Positions 33,687 to 42,503 of a stretch of 42,503 nt of DNA are shown here, in pieces. The first letter of the stretch is position 1, and each line of letters starts with the position of its first letter. The translations under genes were made by a program, and so were the position numbers. Source of the stretch: Chiloscyllium plagiosum (lineage: Eukaryota); NCBI RefSeq assembly GCF_004010195.1, contig NC_057753.1, forward strand, positions 1,433,246-1,475,748, read 5' to 3'. Under the pieces are notes generated by a model. That model had not been told where the DNA came from. It was given only the letters and a program-made list of their open reading frames with translations, and did not search any database.

Positions 33687-34041
33687 AGCCTCCTGCACTG
33701 TTTCCATCCAGCTCAACGGGAGCTCGAGGAACAGCAACTCACCTGTTGATTCGACGCTTGATTACCCTCATAGCGTTTCCAAAAGTTGAGAGGTGCTGGC
33801 ACCAACTGGAAGGTCCGGAGAATGGTGGGTGAGGGAGGAGACCTCCTGCAGCAACACCAAGACGGGCCCAGCACGGACTCTCCCCAGCTCGTAGTCTCCT
33901 GGCGAAGTGAGAAGCAGGTCGCACAGGCTAGGCCGAGGCTCCAAGTCTGCTGCTAGGCCCGAAGGAGGAGAAGTGACAGTCTCCCGGTGTGGTGGTCCTG
34001 TTCCGGTACCTATGATGGCGGGGGGGGGGGTTGCCCGGTAT

Positions 34042-34304
34042 TCGACTGGGATGGAGAAAGTTAAACATCACACATCACCAGGTTACAGTCCAACGGGTTT
34101 ATTTGGAAGCATTAGCTTTCAGAGCGCCGCTCCTTCATCAGGTGGTTGTGGAAGCATACCCTGAGACACAGAATTTATAGCAAAAGGATTCCAGTGTCAG
34201 GGGGATGTGATACAGTAAAACGAAGGCGCAGCGCTCCGAAAGCTGATGCTTCCAAGTAAACCTGTTGGACTACAACCTGGAGTTAGGTGATGTTTTAACT
34301 TGTA
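34042..34304. mobile_element. PLE family B mini-element with inverted termini
   Basis: AAGTTAAACATCACA..CCAGGTTACAGTCCAAC..GGAAGCATTAGCTTTC inverted at 34236-34301; CCGGTAT at 34035-34041 and 34305-34311. Confidence 0.78.
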
Positions 34305-34639
34305 CCGGTATGGCAGCCTTGTTCCAGCTTAAGAGAACTTGTCCCTGTGTAGAAGTGCTCTTCAGCTTCCAGGTAGGCCAGTGGCCTGGCCGGCCATCTC
34401 ACCCAGGAGTGGCAATCTCGGCCTGGCAAGGCAGTCTTCTTCAGTGGAGGCTTCCGGCCCAGTATTCCAGCCACCTGGCATGGCGGTATCATCCCAGAAT
34501 GCCACTGTCATCCCGGCTGCATCTTCCATTGTTCCTTAATCAGCTTCCCCTCCACCCCCATTTCCCGCCCAGGAGCCGTTAACTGAACTGTGATGAACTT
34601 TTGTCCCAGTTTGACATTTTTCGTATTATCATGTATGAA

Positions 34640-34950
34640 ATCATAGAATCCCTACAATGTGTAAACAGGCCCTTCTGCCCAACAAGTCCACACCGAACCT
34701 CTGAAGAGTAACCCACCCAGACCCATTCCCCTACCAATGCACCTAACCTACACATCCCTGAACACTATGGGCAATTTAGCAAGGCCAATTCACCATAACC
34801 TGCACAGCTTTGGATTGTAGGTGGAAACCCATGCAGACACAGGAGGGGAGAATGTACAAGCTGCATACAGACAGTCACCTGAGGCGGGAATCGAACCTGG
34901 GTCCTTGGTGCTTTGAGGCAGCAGTGCTAACCACTGAGCTACCGTGCTGT
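34640..34950 (-). mobile_element. HE1-like SINE
   Basis: Tail, core and head all present. Confidence 0.88.
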
Positions 34951-35036
34951 CCCCCACCCCCAAAGTAAACATCAGAATCTTGAATGTGCCCAGGTCTTCC
35001 ACAAGCAACTGCCTGGGGGTATATCACCTGGAACTG

Positions 35037-35088
35037 TGGTAACGGTGGGACTTGAACTCACGACTTGATAGAGCAGCTTAAATCCAGC
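35037..35088 (-). pseudogene. tRNA-Leu-like 3' fragment
   Basis: GCTGGATTTAAGCT..CGTGAGTTCAAGTCCCACCGTTACCA resembles the vertebrate tRNA-Leu anticodon arm, T arm and acceptor end. Confidence 0.55.
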
Positions 35089-35136
35089 TTAAGGTAGGAA
35101 GCAAAGTCCATTCCCTACTTGCCCTCAACTGTCGAT

Positions 35137-35218
35137 CAGAGTCAGTAGGATTCGAACCTGTGCAGGGAAACCCCAATGGACTGCAAGTCCATTGCCTTAA
35201 CCACTCAGCCCCAACTAC
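35137..35218 (-). pseudogene. tRNA-Ser-derived pseudogene with TGC at the anticodon position
   Basis: GTAGTTGGGGCTGAGTGGTTAAGGCAATGGACTTGCAGTCCATTGGGGTTTCCCTGCACAGGTTCGAATCCTACTGAC; long variable arm; most CpGs decayed. Confidence 0.85.
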
Positions 35219-35250
35219 AAAACCACATAAAGGGTTTTGTTTCTTCCTGT

Positions 35251-35500
35251 AGAACCTTTACAGTACAGATACTGGCCATTTGGGTCTGCACTGATCCTCC
35301 AAAGAGCATCCCGTCCTATCCCCAGATTTCCTGTGGCCAATCCACCTAGCCTGCACATCTTTGGATTGTTGGAGGAAACCAGAGCACTTGGAGGACATGG
35401 GGAGAATGTGCAAACTCCACACAGACAGTCGCCCTGAGGCTGGAATCGAACCTGGGTCCCTGGTGCTATGAGGCAGCAGTACTAACCACTGAGCCGCCAT
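35251..35500 (-). mobile_element. HE1-like SINE
   Basis: CTGCACATCTTTGGA..GCTGGAATCGAACCTGGGTCCC..TAACCACTGAGCCGCC. Confidence 0.85.
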
Positions 35501-35624
35501 TCCAATTGTCAATGACTTCTGTCATTGTTGTAGGTGCCATGTTAGAGCGACTTACATGACTTTTCATTGCATTTTTCCTGTAACAGTAACAGTACGTGTG
35601 ACAATAAATTTGTATTCTGTTCTA

Positions 35625-35835
35625 AAAACCTATGGAAACTCCACACGGATAATCATAGAGATGTATAGCATGGAAATAGGCCCTTCGGTCCAATTTGGAC
35701 ATGCTGACCTGATATCTTAACCTAATCTAGTCCCATTTGCTGGCACTTGGCCCATATTCCCTTGAGTCACCTGAGGCCGGAATCGAAACCAGGTCCCTGG
35801 CGCTGTGAGGCAGCAGTGCTAACCACTGAGCCATC
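35625..35835 (-). mobile_element. SINE 5' part interrupted by a CR1 3' UTR tail (35653-35763)
   Basis: AAACTCCACACGGATA | CATAGAGATGTATAGC..GGCCCATATTCCCT | AGTCACCTGAGGCCGGAATCGAA. Confidence 0.75.
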
Positions 35836-36502
35836 ATGATGAGCAGGGATTTAGGAGTGACAAAATGTTGGAGAGGAATGGGATATTTGAGACAGGGTAG
35901 TTGGTTGCAGAGATGATAGAGGCAAGGATGTGCTTTTTGCCAGAGAGGTGATAATGCCTCAGTTGAGGGAGGTGGTGGAGGAGGGAGAGGGAGAGAGAGA
36001 TAAAGAGAGAGACACACACCAGCATCAACCAATTCAGTGAATGTGTGGAGGTTGTGTGACCACTTCTGGCCATAGGGTTGAGGAAGCAGGAGATGGGTTC
36101 CATGGACAAGTTGTGCAAGAAGGGAATATACAAGAAGGCGGGTGAGAAACTGAATGAAGGTGTGGGTTCAAATCTTGACAAAGGGCGGTTTCGAGGCAAT
36201 TTTGCCCAGAGGGCTAGTTCAGACAAAGGAAAGCAACAGAGGCAGCTGCTCAGATTGTCTCAATCTTAGAATCAAACATGAGCTCCTTGCATTTCCTGTC
36301 ACGGCGAGAATGGAGAAGGTAGGGGGCGAGGAAGAGCCTTTCATAAAGAACTGTCTTGTAATCCAGACTTCATGTTCTGCGTGTTTAACACAAAGCTAAT
36401 TTATTTAACTTTTCAGCACAATAATGGATGTGAAACTTGATTGAGGTTCATCACCATTATGTGAATCAGAGCCCACTGAACCGGGCTCACTCATAGATCT
36501 CG

Positions 36503-36872
36503 CAGAATCCCTACAGTGTGGAACCAGGCTATTCGGCCCATCGAGTCCACCCTGACCCTCCAACAGTATCACGCCCAGACCCACCCCACCTATTCTATCC
36601 CAGTAATCCTGCATTTCCCATGGCTAATCCACCTCGCCTGCCCATCTCTGGTCACTACGGGCCATTTAGCATGGCCAATCCACCTGACCTGCACATCTCT
36701 GGAGGTTGGCAGAAAACTGGAGCACCCAGAGGAAACCCATGAAGACAAGGGGAGAGAATGTGCTAAATCCAAACAGGTACTTCCCCAAGGGTGGAAATGA
36801 ACCCACGGCCCTGGCATTGGGGTGGGGGGTGGGTGGGGGTGGGGCAGCAGTGCTAACCACTGAGCTACCACA
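36503..36872 (-). mobile_element. HE1-like SINE in the 3' flank of the ZNF
   Basis: AGAATCCCTACAGTGTGGAA tail through GCTAACCACTGAGCTACC head. Confidence 0.85.
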
Positions 36873-37815
36873 TTGCCATTGATGTGGTTAACAATAAAAT
36901 GCAATGACACTAGTTACTTGTGAACTCACTGAAGGTTCAGCAGGCTGGATGACTGAGTAAGTCTCTGCTCGCACTCACAGCCCAAGTGAATGGCGACCCT
37001 TAGTGTGATTGTTTAGAAAGTGTGAACAATGTCTTGAACCCAGTGCTGCAGTGATTTCTTGCCACTATGAATACGGTAATGACTGCTCCGTTCCTCAGAA
37101 CATTTTAAAGCACTTTGCACCCTCTGGGCATTTAAAAGATTTCTCAACAGGGTGCTGCCTCAGCAGATGATCCTGACCAATGAATCTCTTTTCACACTCA
37201 AAGCAAGTGAATGGCCCCTACCCCGTGTGGATTCGCATGTGTATCAGCTGGGTGGATGACCGAATGAATCCTTCCCCACCCTCAGAACATCTGAAAGGCA
37301 TTCCCCAGTGTGAAATCGCTGATGTAGCACGAAAGTGGATGACTGAGAGAATGCCTTCCTCCGCTCAGGCCAGGTGAATGGCTTCTCCCCAGTGTGAACC
37401 CACTGATGTACAGTGAGTTCACATGATCGCTTGAACCTGCGACCCGCAGCAACAACACTCGAACGGTTTCTCATCAGTGTGAAAGAATTTGATGGGTTGT
37501 CAGTGCCGTGGAACATTTTTTTTTAGCATTTGCTGCAGTCTGTCCATTTAAATATTCTCTCCCCAGTGTGAACTCGTTTATATGTCAGCAACTGGTGTGA
37601 TTTAGTGAAAAACGTCTCACACTCAGAACAGCTGAACTGCTTCTCCCGAGTGTGAACTCACTGGTGTTCATCAGTGATGTCAGATCCTTGCTTTAAGTCA
37701 GTCCAACTGAGACGTCAAGGGGTTAATTTGCTCTGCTGACCTTCAAGAAATTGGTGTCCCGGGGTGGGGTGGGTATGTTTCTCAGTCTTGCAGGTAGAAT
37801 GTAAAAAAAAATTAA

Positions 37816-39340
37816 TTGTCAGCTCCTACTATTCGGAGTAAATCTACATCGTCATCTCCTGCTATTCAGAGTAAATCTATATTGTCATCTCCTGCTATTC
37901 AGAGTAAATCTACATTGTCACCTCCTGCTATTCAGAGTAAATTTACATTGTCATCTCCTGCTATTCAGAGTAAATTTACATTGTCATTTCCTGCTATTCA
38001 GAGTAAATCTACATTGTCACGTCCTGCTATTCAGAGGAAGTTTACATTGTCATCTCCTGCTATTCAGAGTAAATCTATATCGTCATTTCCTGCTATTCAG
38101 AGTAAATCTATATTGTAATCTCCTGCTTTTTGGAGTAAATCTATATTCATCTCCAGCTATTCAGAGTACATTTACATTGTCATCTCCTGCTATTCAGAGT
38201 AAATTTACATTGTCATTTCCTGCTATTCAGAGTAAATTTACATTGTCATTTCCTGCTATTCAGAGTAAATCTATATTGTCATCTCCTGCTATTCAGAGTA
38301 AATTTACATTATCATCTCTTGCTATTCAGAGTAAATCTATATTTTTTGTTAGATTACATTACAGTGTGGAAACAGGCCCTTCGGCCCAACAAGTCCACAC
38401 TGACCCGCCGAAGCGCAACTCACCCATACCCCTACATTTACCCCTTTAACCTAACACTACGGGCAATTTAGCATGGCCAATTCACCTTACCTGCACATCT
38501 TTGGACTGGGGGAGGAAACCGGAGCACCCGGAGGAAACCAACGCAGACACGGGGAGAACGTGCAAACTCCACACAGTCAGTCACCTGAGGCGGGAATTCA
38601 ACCCGGGTCTCTGGCGCTGTGAGGCAGCAGTGCTAACCACTGTGCCACCGTGCCGCCCTTATAGTCCCTCCTCGTACCCTTTTCAAGTTAGGCCATTCAT
38701 CTCCTGCTTTTTGGAGTAAATCTATATTCATCTCCAGCTATTCAGAGTACATTTACATTGTCACCTCCTGCTATTCAGAGTAAATTTACATTGTCATTTC
38801 CTGCTATTCAGAGTAAATCTACATTATCATCTCCTGCTATTCAGAGTAAATCTATATTGTCATCTCCTGCTATTCAGAGTAAATTTACATTGTCATTTCC
38901 TGCTATTCAGAGTAAATCTACATCGTCATTTCCTGCTATTCAGAGTAAATCTCTCTTGTCATCCCCTGCTATTCAGAGTAAATTTACATTTTCATCTCCT
39001 GCTATTCAGAGTAAATTTACATTGTCATCCCCTGCTATTCAGAATAAATCTACATTGTCATCTCCTGCTATTCAGAGTAAATCTATATTGTCATCCCCTG
39101 CTATTCAGAGTAAATCTACATTATCATCCCCTGCTATTCAGAGTAAATCTACATTATCATCCCCTGCTATTCAGAGTAAATTTACATTGTCATCTCCTGC
39201 TATTCGGAGTAAATTTACATTGTCATCTCCTGCTATTCAGAGTAAATCTATATTGTCGTCATCTGCTATTCAGAGTAAATCTACATTGTCACCTCCTGGT
39301 ATTCAGAGTAAATTTACATTGTCATCTCCTGCTATTCCAA
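37816..39340. repeat. 33-bp minisatellite (TCATCTCCTGCTATTCAGAGTAAAT[C/T]TACATTG), about 35 units, interrupted by a SINE
   Basis: Direct inspection; 11-aa periodicity SSPAIQSKFTL in the ORF track. Confidence 0.97.
38349..38658 (-). mobile_element. HE1-like SINE (young) inside the minisatellite
   Basis: Full-length, CpG-rich GGGCGGCACGGTGGCACAGTGG head. Confidence 0.92.
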
Positions 39341-39979
39341 ATCAATAAAACCATTGCAGTTAAAATTCTGAACACACCCTGCAATAAAAACCAATTTACA
39401 TTAAATCTTGCCATTAAGGGATGATTTATATCTTATTGTTTCTGGAAAAAAGCAAATCACTACATTGTGTTTTGAATGGCTTGTGACTATGGGGAAGTGG
39501 CTGGGGGTTGTCCTGTGGGCAATCCTGGCTGTGATGTAAAAGGGAGGACTGTCCCCTTACTCAGGGAGATCTCTTCACATGGCTTCGCAAGCATTGCAAA
39601 GAATATTAAGGGTTCCTCCAAAGCCTGTACTTGCTTAAGATAGTTTGGTTTTTCACAGAAGTTAGCATCAAGTGTGTAAGAATCTTAAAAAAAGAACCTA
39701 ACACCACAGTGATAGCATCTGAAAGGTCTCTCACTGATGTGAACATGCTGACTGGACATTCATTCTTCTGAGTGCTTATTGCACTCTCCACAGTTTGGAC
39801 ATCGAAACACTCTCTCCTCAGAGTGCATTGTCTGGTGTATCAGCAGCTTGGTTGACTGGGTGATTCCCTTTCCACAATCAGGGCAGGTTAGAGGTCTCCC
39901 TCGTGTGAAGTTGCCTGTGAGCAGTGAGCTTAGATGAACGCCTGCACCTTTTTCCGCAGTGTCTGGTCTCTCAGCATGA

Positions 39980-40670
39980 ACATAGAGTCACACAGCTTGG
40001 AAACTGACCCTTTGGTCTAACCAGTCTACGCTGGACATTATCCCAAAATAAACCAGTCCCACCTGGCCTGCTCCTGGCCCATATCCCTTCAAACCTTTCC
40101 TATTCATGGACTTATCCAAGTGTCTTTTAAATATTTTAACTGTGTCCACATCCACACTTCCTCAGAACGCTCATTCCACACGCGAATCATTCTTTGTTTA
40201 AAAACAAATACCCTCATGTCTTTTTTATATTTCTCTCCTGCCACCTTAAAAATATGCCCCGTATTTTTGAACTCCCTCATCCTAGGCAAAAGACATTAAC
40301 CCAATTGATACCCCTTATGATTTTGTAAATCTCTGTAAGTCACCCCTCAACCACCCGAACTCCAGTGAGAAAGGCTTTCTGTACAACTCAAATTGTCCAG
40401 TAACATCCTGGTTAATCTCTCCTGAACCCTCTCCAGCTTAATAATATCTTTCCGAGAACAACCACAGTATCCGAGAAGAGGACTCACCAATGTTCTGTGC
40501 AAACTCAACATGACTTCCCAACTCTTATACTCAAAGGATTGTTCAATGAATGCAAGCATGCCTTCCCTTTTTAACTACCCCGTCTATGTGACCCAAACCT
40601 CAAAGCATTATGTACCTGAACCCTTGGGTCCCTCTGTTCTACAAGAGTAGCCAAGACCCTGCCATTAATT
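39980..40670 (-). mobile_element. CR1/HER1 3' fragment in the ZNF pseudogene
   Basis: MLAFIEQSFEYKSWEVMLSLHRTLVSPLLGYC..KLERVQERLTRML; RVWNE. Confidence 0.88.
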
Positions 40671-40985
40671 GTGTTGGTGGGAAAGCAGTTCCCATGAATT
40701 TTTAGAGGCTTGTTTAAAAGTTAGTGTGAACATGTTGGTGTCTTAGCAGAATGGAAGAAGAAGTGAAGCCCTTCTTACATGCAGAGCAGGATCCTCCCCA
40801 GTTATGATGATGGCGATGTGTTTCCAGTTTAGTCAGGCATATGAATCCAACCCCACAGTCTCCACATTTCCACAGTTTCTCCCCACCGGGTGAATGTGTT
40901 TATGTCTTGACAAGCCAGATGATTGGCCAAATTCTTGTCCACAAAGCAGAACACGTGTACGGTTTCCGCCCAGTGTGAACAAAGA

Positions 40986-41165
40986 ACACTTACAGCCCAG
41001 GAACCGGCCCTTTGGCCCACCATGCCTGAGCCGATCCAAATCCCCTGTCTAAACCTATCACCCAATTCCTAAGGATCTGTCTCCCTCCGTTCCCCACCTA
41101 CTCGTGCATCTGTCCAGACGCACCTTAAATTAATCTACCGTGTCTGCCTCTACTACCTCTGCTAA
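40986..41165 (-). mobile_element. CR1-type 3' UTR tail in the ZNF pseudogene
   Basis: Minus strand GAGGTAGTAGAGGCAGACACGG..GGTGGGCCAAAGGGCCGGTTCCTGGGCTGTAAGTGTTCT. Confidence 0.75.
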
Positions 41166-41872
41166 TGTGGTGGGATCCTTTTCCTTCCATGCTCAAAATC
41201 TGGGGATATTCAGGTTATGTCACACTGGGGGAGGGAGAGTCTGTCAGATCCTGACGGGATGTTTGGTTTCATGTTCCTGGCAGCAAATCCTCCCCTTCTA
41301 ATACCCTGTGGAATTGATTTAAAAGAGAAAGAAAATTGTGGGGGGTGGGGGAAAGTGATAACTGACAATAATCACAAAGCTGGGTTGCGAAACAGACTGA
41401 ATGAAGCTGATAATTTGTGGGATGGGCACAAGGGGGAAAAAAACACGACCATTAACGTTTATAGGCACTCATAAAAAGCCAGTTGTTCACAAGTCTCCTT
41501 TGGGGGCCGGAGAACTTGCCTCCTTTTTGGACATAGAGAAGACGGTCCACACCATGGGAGGAGAGAAAGCCACCTGGACAGGCAGGGAGTGCAAGAGAGA
41601 GATTTTATAAATCTACAAACCAAGTGGAGGATCAATAGAATCTCAAACCCTCACCATCCACTGACAAGCAGAGCCAGGGTGGCGGGTTTATGTGAGAAGT
41701 CACATCTCATCCTGCCTTGTCTGACATCCAGCACTGGATGAGCTGAAATTACCTCCATGTTAAATATTGGGAAGGCTGACATTATTCTCCTCAGTTCCCC
41801 ACTACAATGTGCGCTCTCTCGTCACCCACTCCATTCCTCTCCTTGATAATTCTGAGTCTGAACCAGACTCTT

Positions 41873-42092
41873 TGAGGAGAAAGTGAGGTCTGCAGATGCT
41901 GGAGATCAGAGCTGAAAATGTGTTGCTGGAAAAGCGCAGCAGGTCAGGCAGCATCCAGGGAACAGGAGAATCGACGTTTCAGGCATAAGCCTGATTCCTG
42001 AAGAAGGGCTTATGCCCGAAACGTCGATTCTCCTGTTCCCTGGATGCTGCCTGACCTGCTGCGCTTTTCCAGCAACACATTTTCAGCTCTGA
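41873..42092. mobile_element. Young palindromic PLE-derived mini-element, family A
   Basis: Perfect 75-bp inverted arms at 41906-41980 and 42018-42092; TCTGAACCAGACTCTT at 41857-41872 and 42088-42103. Confidence 0.92.
41998..42025 (+). ncRNA. Minimal type I hammerhead ribozyme motif (intact)
   Basis: CTGAAGA-A-GGGC TTAT GCCC-GAAACGTC; predicted GUC cleavage after 42025. Confidence 0.78.
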
Positions 42093-42268
42093 ACCAGACT
42101 CTTCACAAACAAGGTGAACTATTTCACCACAAGATGACCTTCCAACCACACATCCCCTGCCACAAAGCTGGTTCTTTTTTCTAAAGGCTGTTCCTTTTCT
42201 CAAGGACACTGTGTCCTTGGTTTTTTTTCAGAGAGGTTGTAAAAAATACTCTGGGCTCCAAATTGGCT

Positions 42269-42503
42269 GGGAGAAAGTGAGAACTGCAGATGCTGGAGAT
42301 CAGAGCTGAAAATGTGTTGCTGGAAAAGTGCAGCAGGTCAGTCAGCATCCAAGGAGCAGGACAATCGACGTTTCGGGCATGAGTCCTTCTTCAGGAATGA
42401 GGAGAGTGTGCCAAACAGGCTAAGATAAAAGGTAGGGAGGAGGGACTTGGGGGAGGGGCATTGGAAATGCAATAGGTGGAAGGAGGTTAAGGTGAGGGTG
42501 ATA
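42269..42503 (-). mobile_element. PLE family A 3' end running off the window; hammerhead at 42367-42394
   Basis: Same terminal repeat, continuing into a purine-rich element body. Confidence 0.85.

Larger units (their letters stand above)
37694..39693 (+). mobile_element. Putative LTR-like insertion splitting one zinc finger and hosting the minisatellite
   Basis: Flanks rejoin to CYHCGVRF|KQGSDITDEHQ; termini TTTAAG / CTTAAA; TGTAAAAGGG TATA-like motif near 39535. Confidence 0.45.
36915..41305 (-). pseudogene. Long C2H2 zinc-finger pseudogene, copy C, in four pieces (41166-41305, 40675-40985, 39694-39965, 36915-37693)
   Basis: [38 protein letters not shown] and many further broken fingers; acceptor CACAG|GGTATT at 41306/41305. 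Confidence 0.85.
41700..42140 (+). mobile_element. Old L2-like fragment, paralogous to 19710-19885, with a palindrome inserted
   Basis: TTGTCTGACATCCAGCACTGGATGAGC..AAATATTGGGAAG..ACTCCATTCC..CTGAGTCTGAACCAGACT. Confidence 0.6.

Noticed and set aside
35137..35218. Selenocysteine or suppressor tRNA
   Set aside because: The anticodon register gives TGC, not TCA, and the body matches ordinary tRNA-Ser.
36160..36176. Isolated B-box-like GGGTTCAAATC
   Set aside because: No A box or cloverleaf around it.
2157..38658. SINE heads as tRNA genes, and recurring ORFs such as VAQWLALLPHS and CKLHTDS
   Set aside because: tRNA-derived SINE 5' regions attached to the SINE core and tail; the peptides are repeat translations.
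37816..39340. 33-bp repeat array as CRISPR-like
   Set aside because: Units are contiguous with no unique spacers, there are no cas-like ORFs, and the context is vertebrate.
38758..39348. 196-aa (SSPAIQSKFTL)n ORF as a real protein
   Set aside because: The open frame follows from a stop-free 33-bp unit; it starts at TTG, and neighbouring units contain a stop, frameshifts and a SINE.
37693..39688. piggyBac element, because TTAA occurs at both ends
   Set aside because: No CCC...GGG termini or extended terminal inverted repeats inside the TTAA sites.

Overview
Eukaryotic, repeat-saturated genomic DNA with four N-gaps. The HE1-type tRNA-derived SINEs and HER1/CR1 LINEs point to a cartilaginous fish, probably a shark (inference from repeat families). 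I find no intact protein-coding gene. The backbone is a minus-strand cluster of decayed C2H2 zinc-finger pseudogenes (14.0-14.9 kb, 18.5-19.3 kb, and one long copy at 36.9-41.3 kb split by three insertions) that share a splice-acceptor context and flanking sequence. It is overlaid with nested CR1 LINEs, a Rex1/Babar LINE, old L2 fragments, about 20 SINE copies, solo-LTR-like elements, a 33-bp minisatellite and two tRNA pseudogenes (Leu, and a Ser body carrying a TGC anticodon). The most notable signal is a set of about a dozen minimal type I hammerhead ribozyme motifs (CTGA[T/A]GA-A-stemII-GAA-ACGT/AGCT-H) with visible stem covariation, in termini derived from Penelope-like elements (PLEs). 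They occur as a 93-bp solo unit and as asymmetric palindromes, several with 10-16 bp target-site duplications (TSDs). PLE hammerheads are established in general; the small TSD-flanked units and their shared boundaries are read directly from this window and have not been checked against any database.
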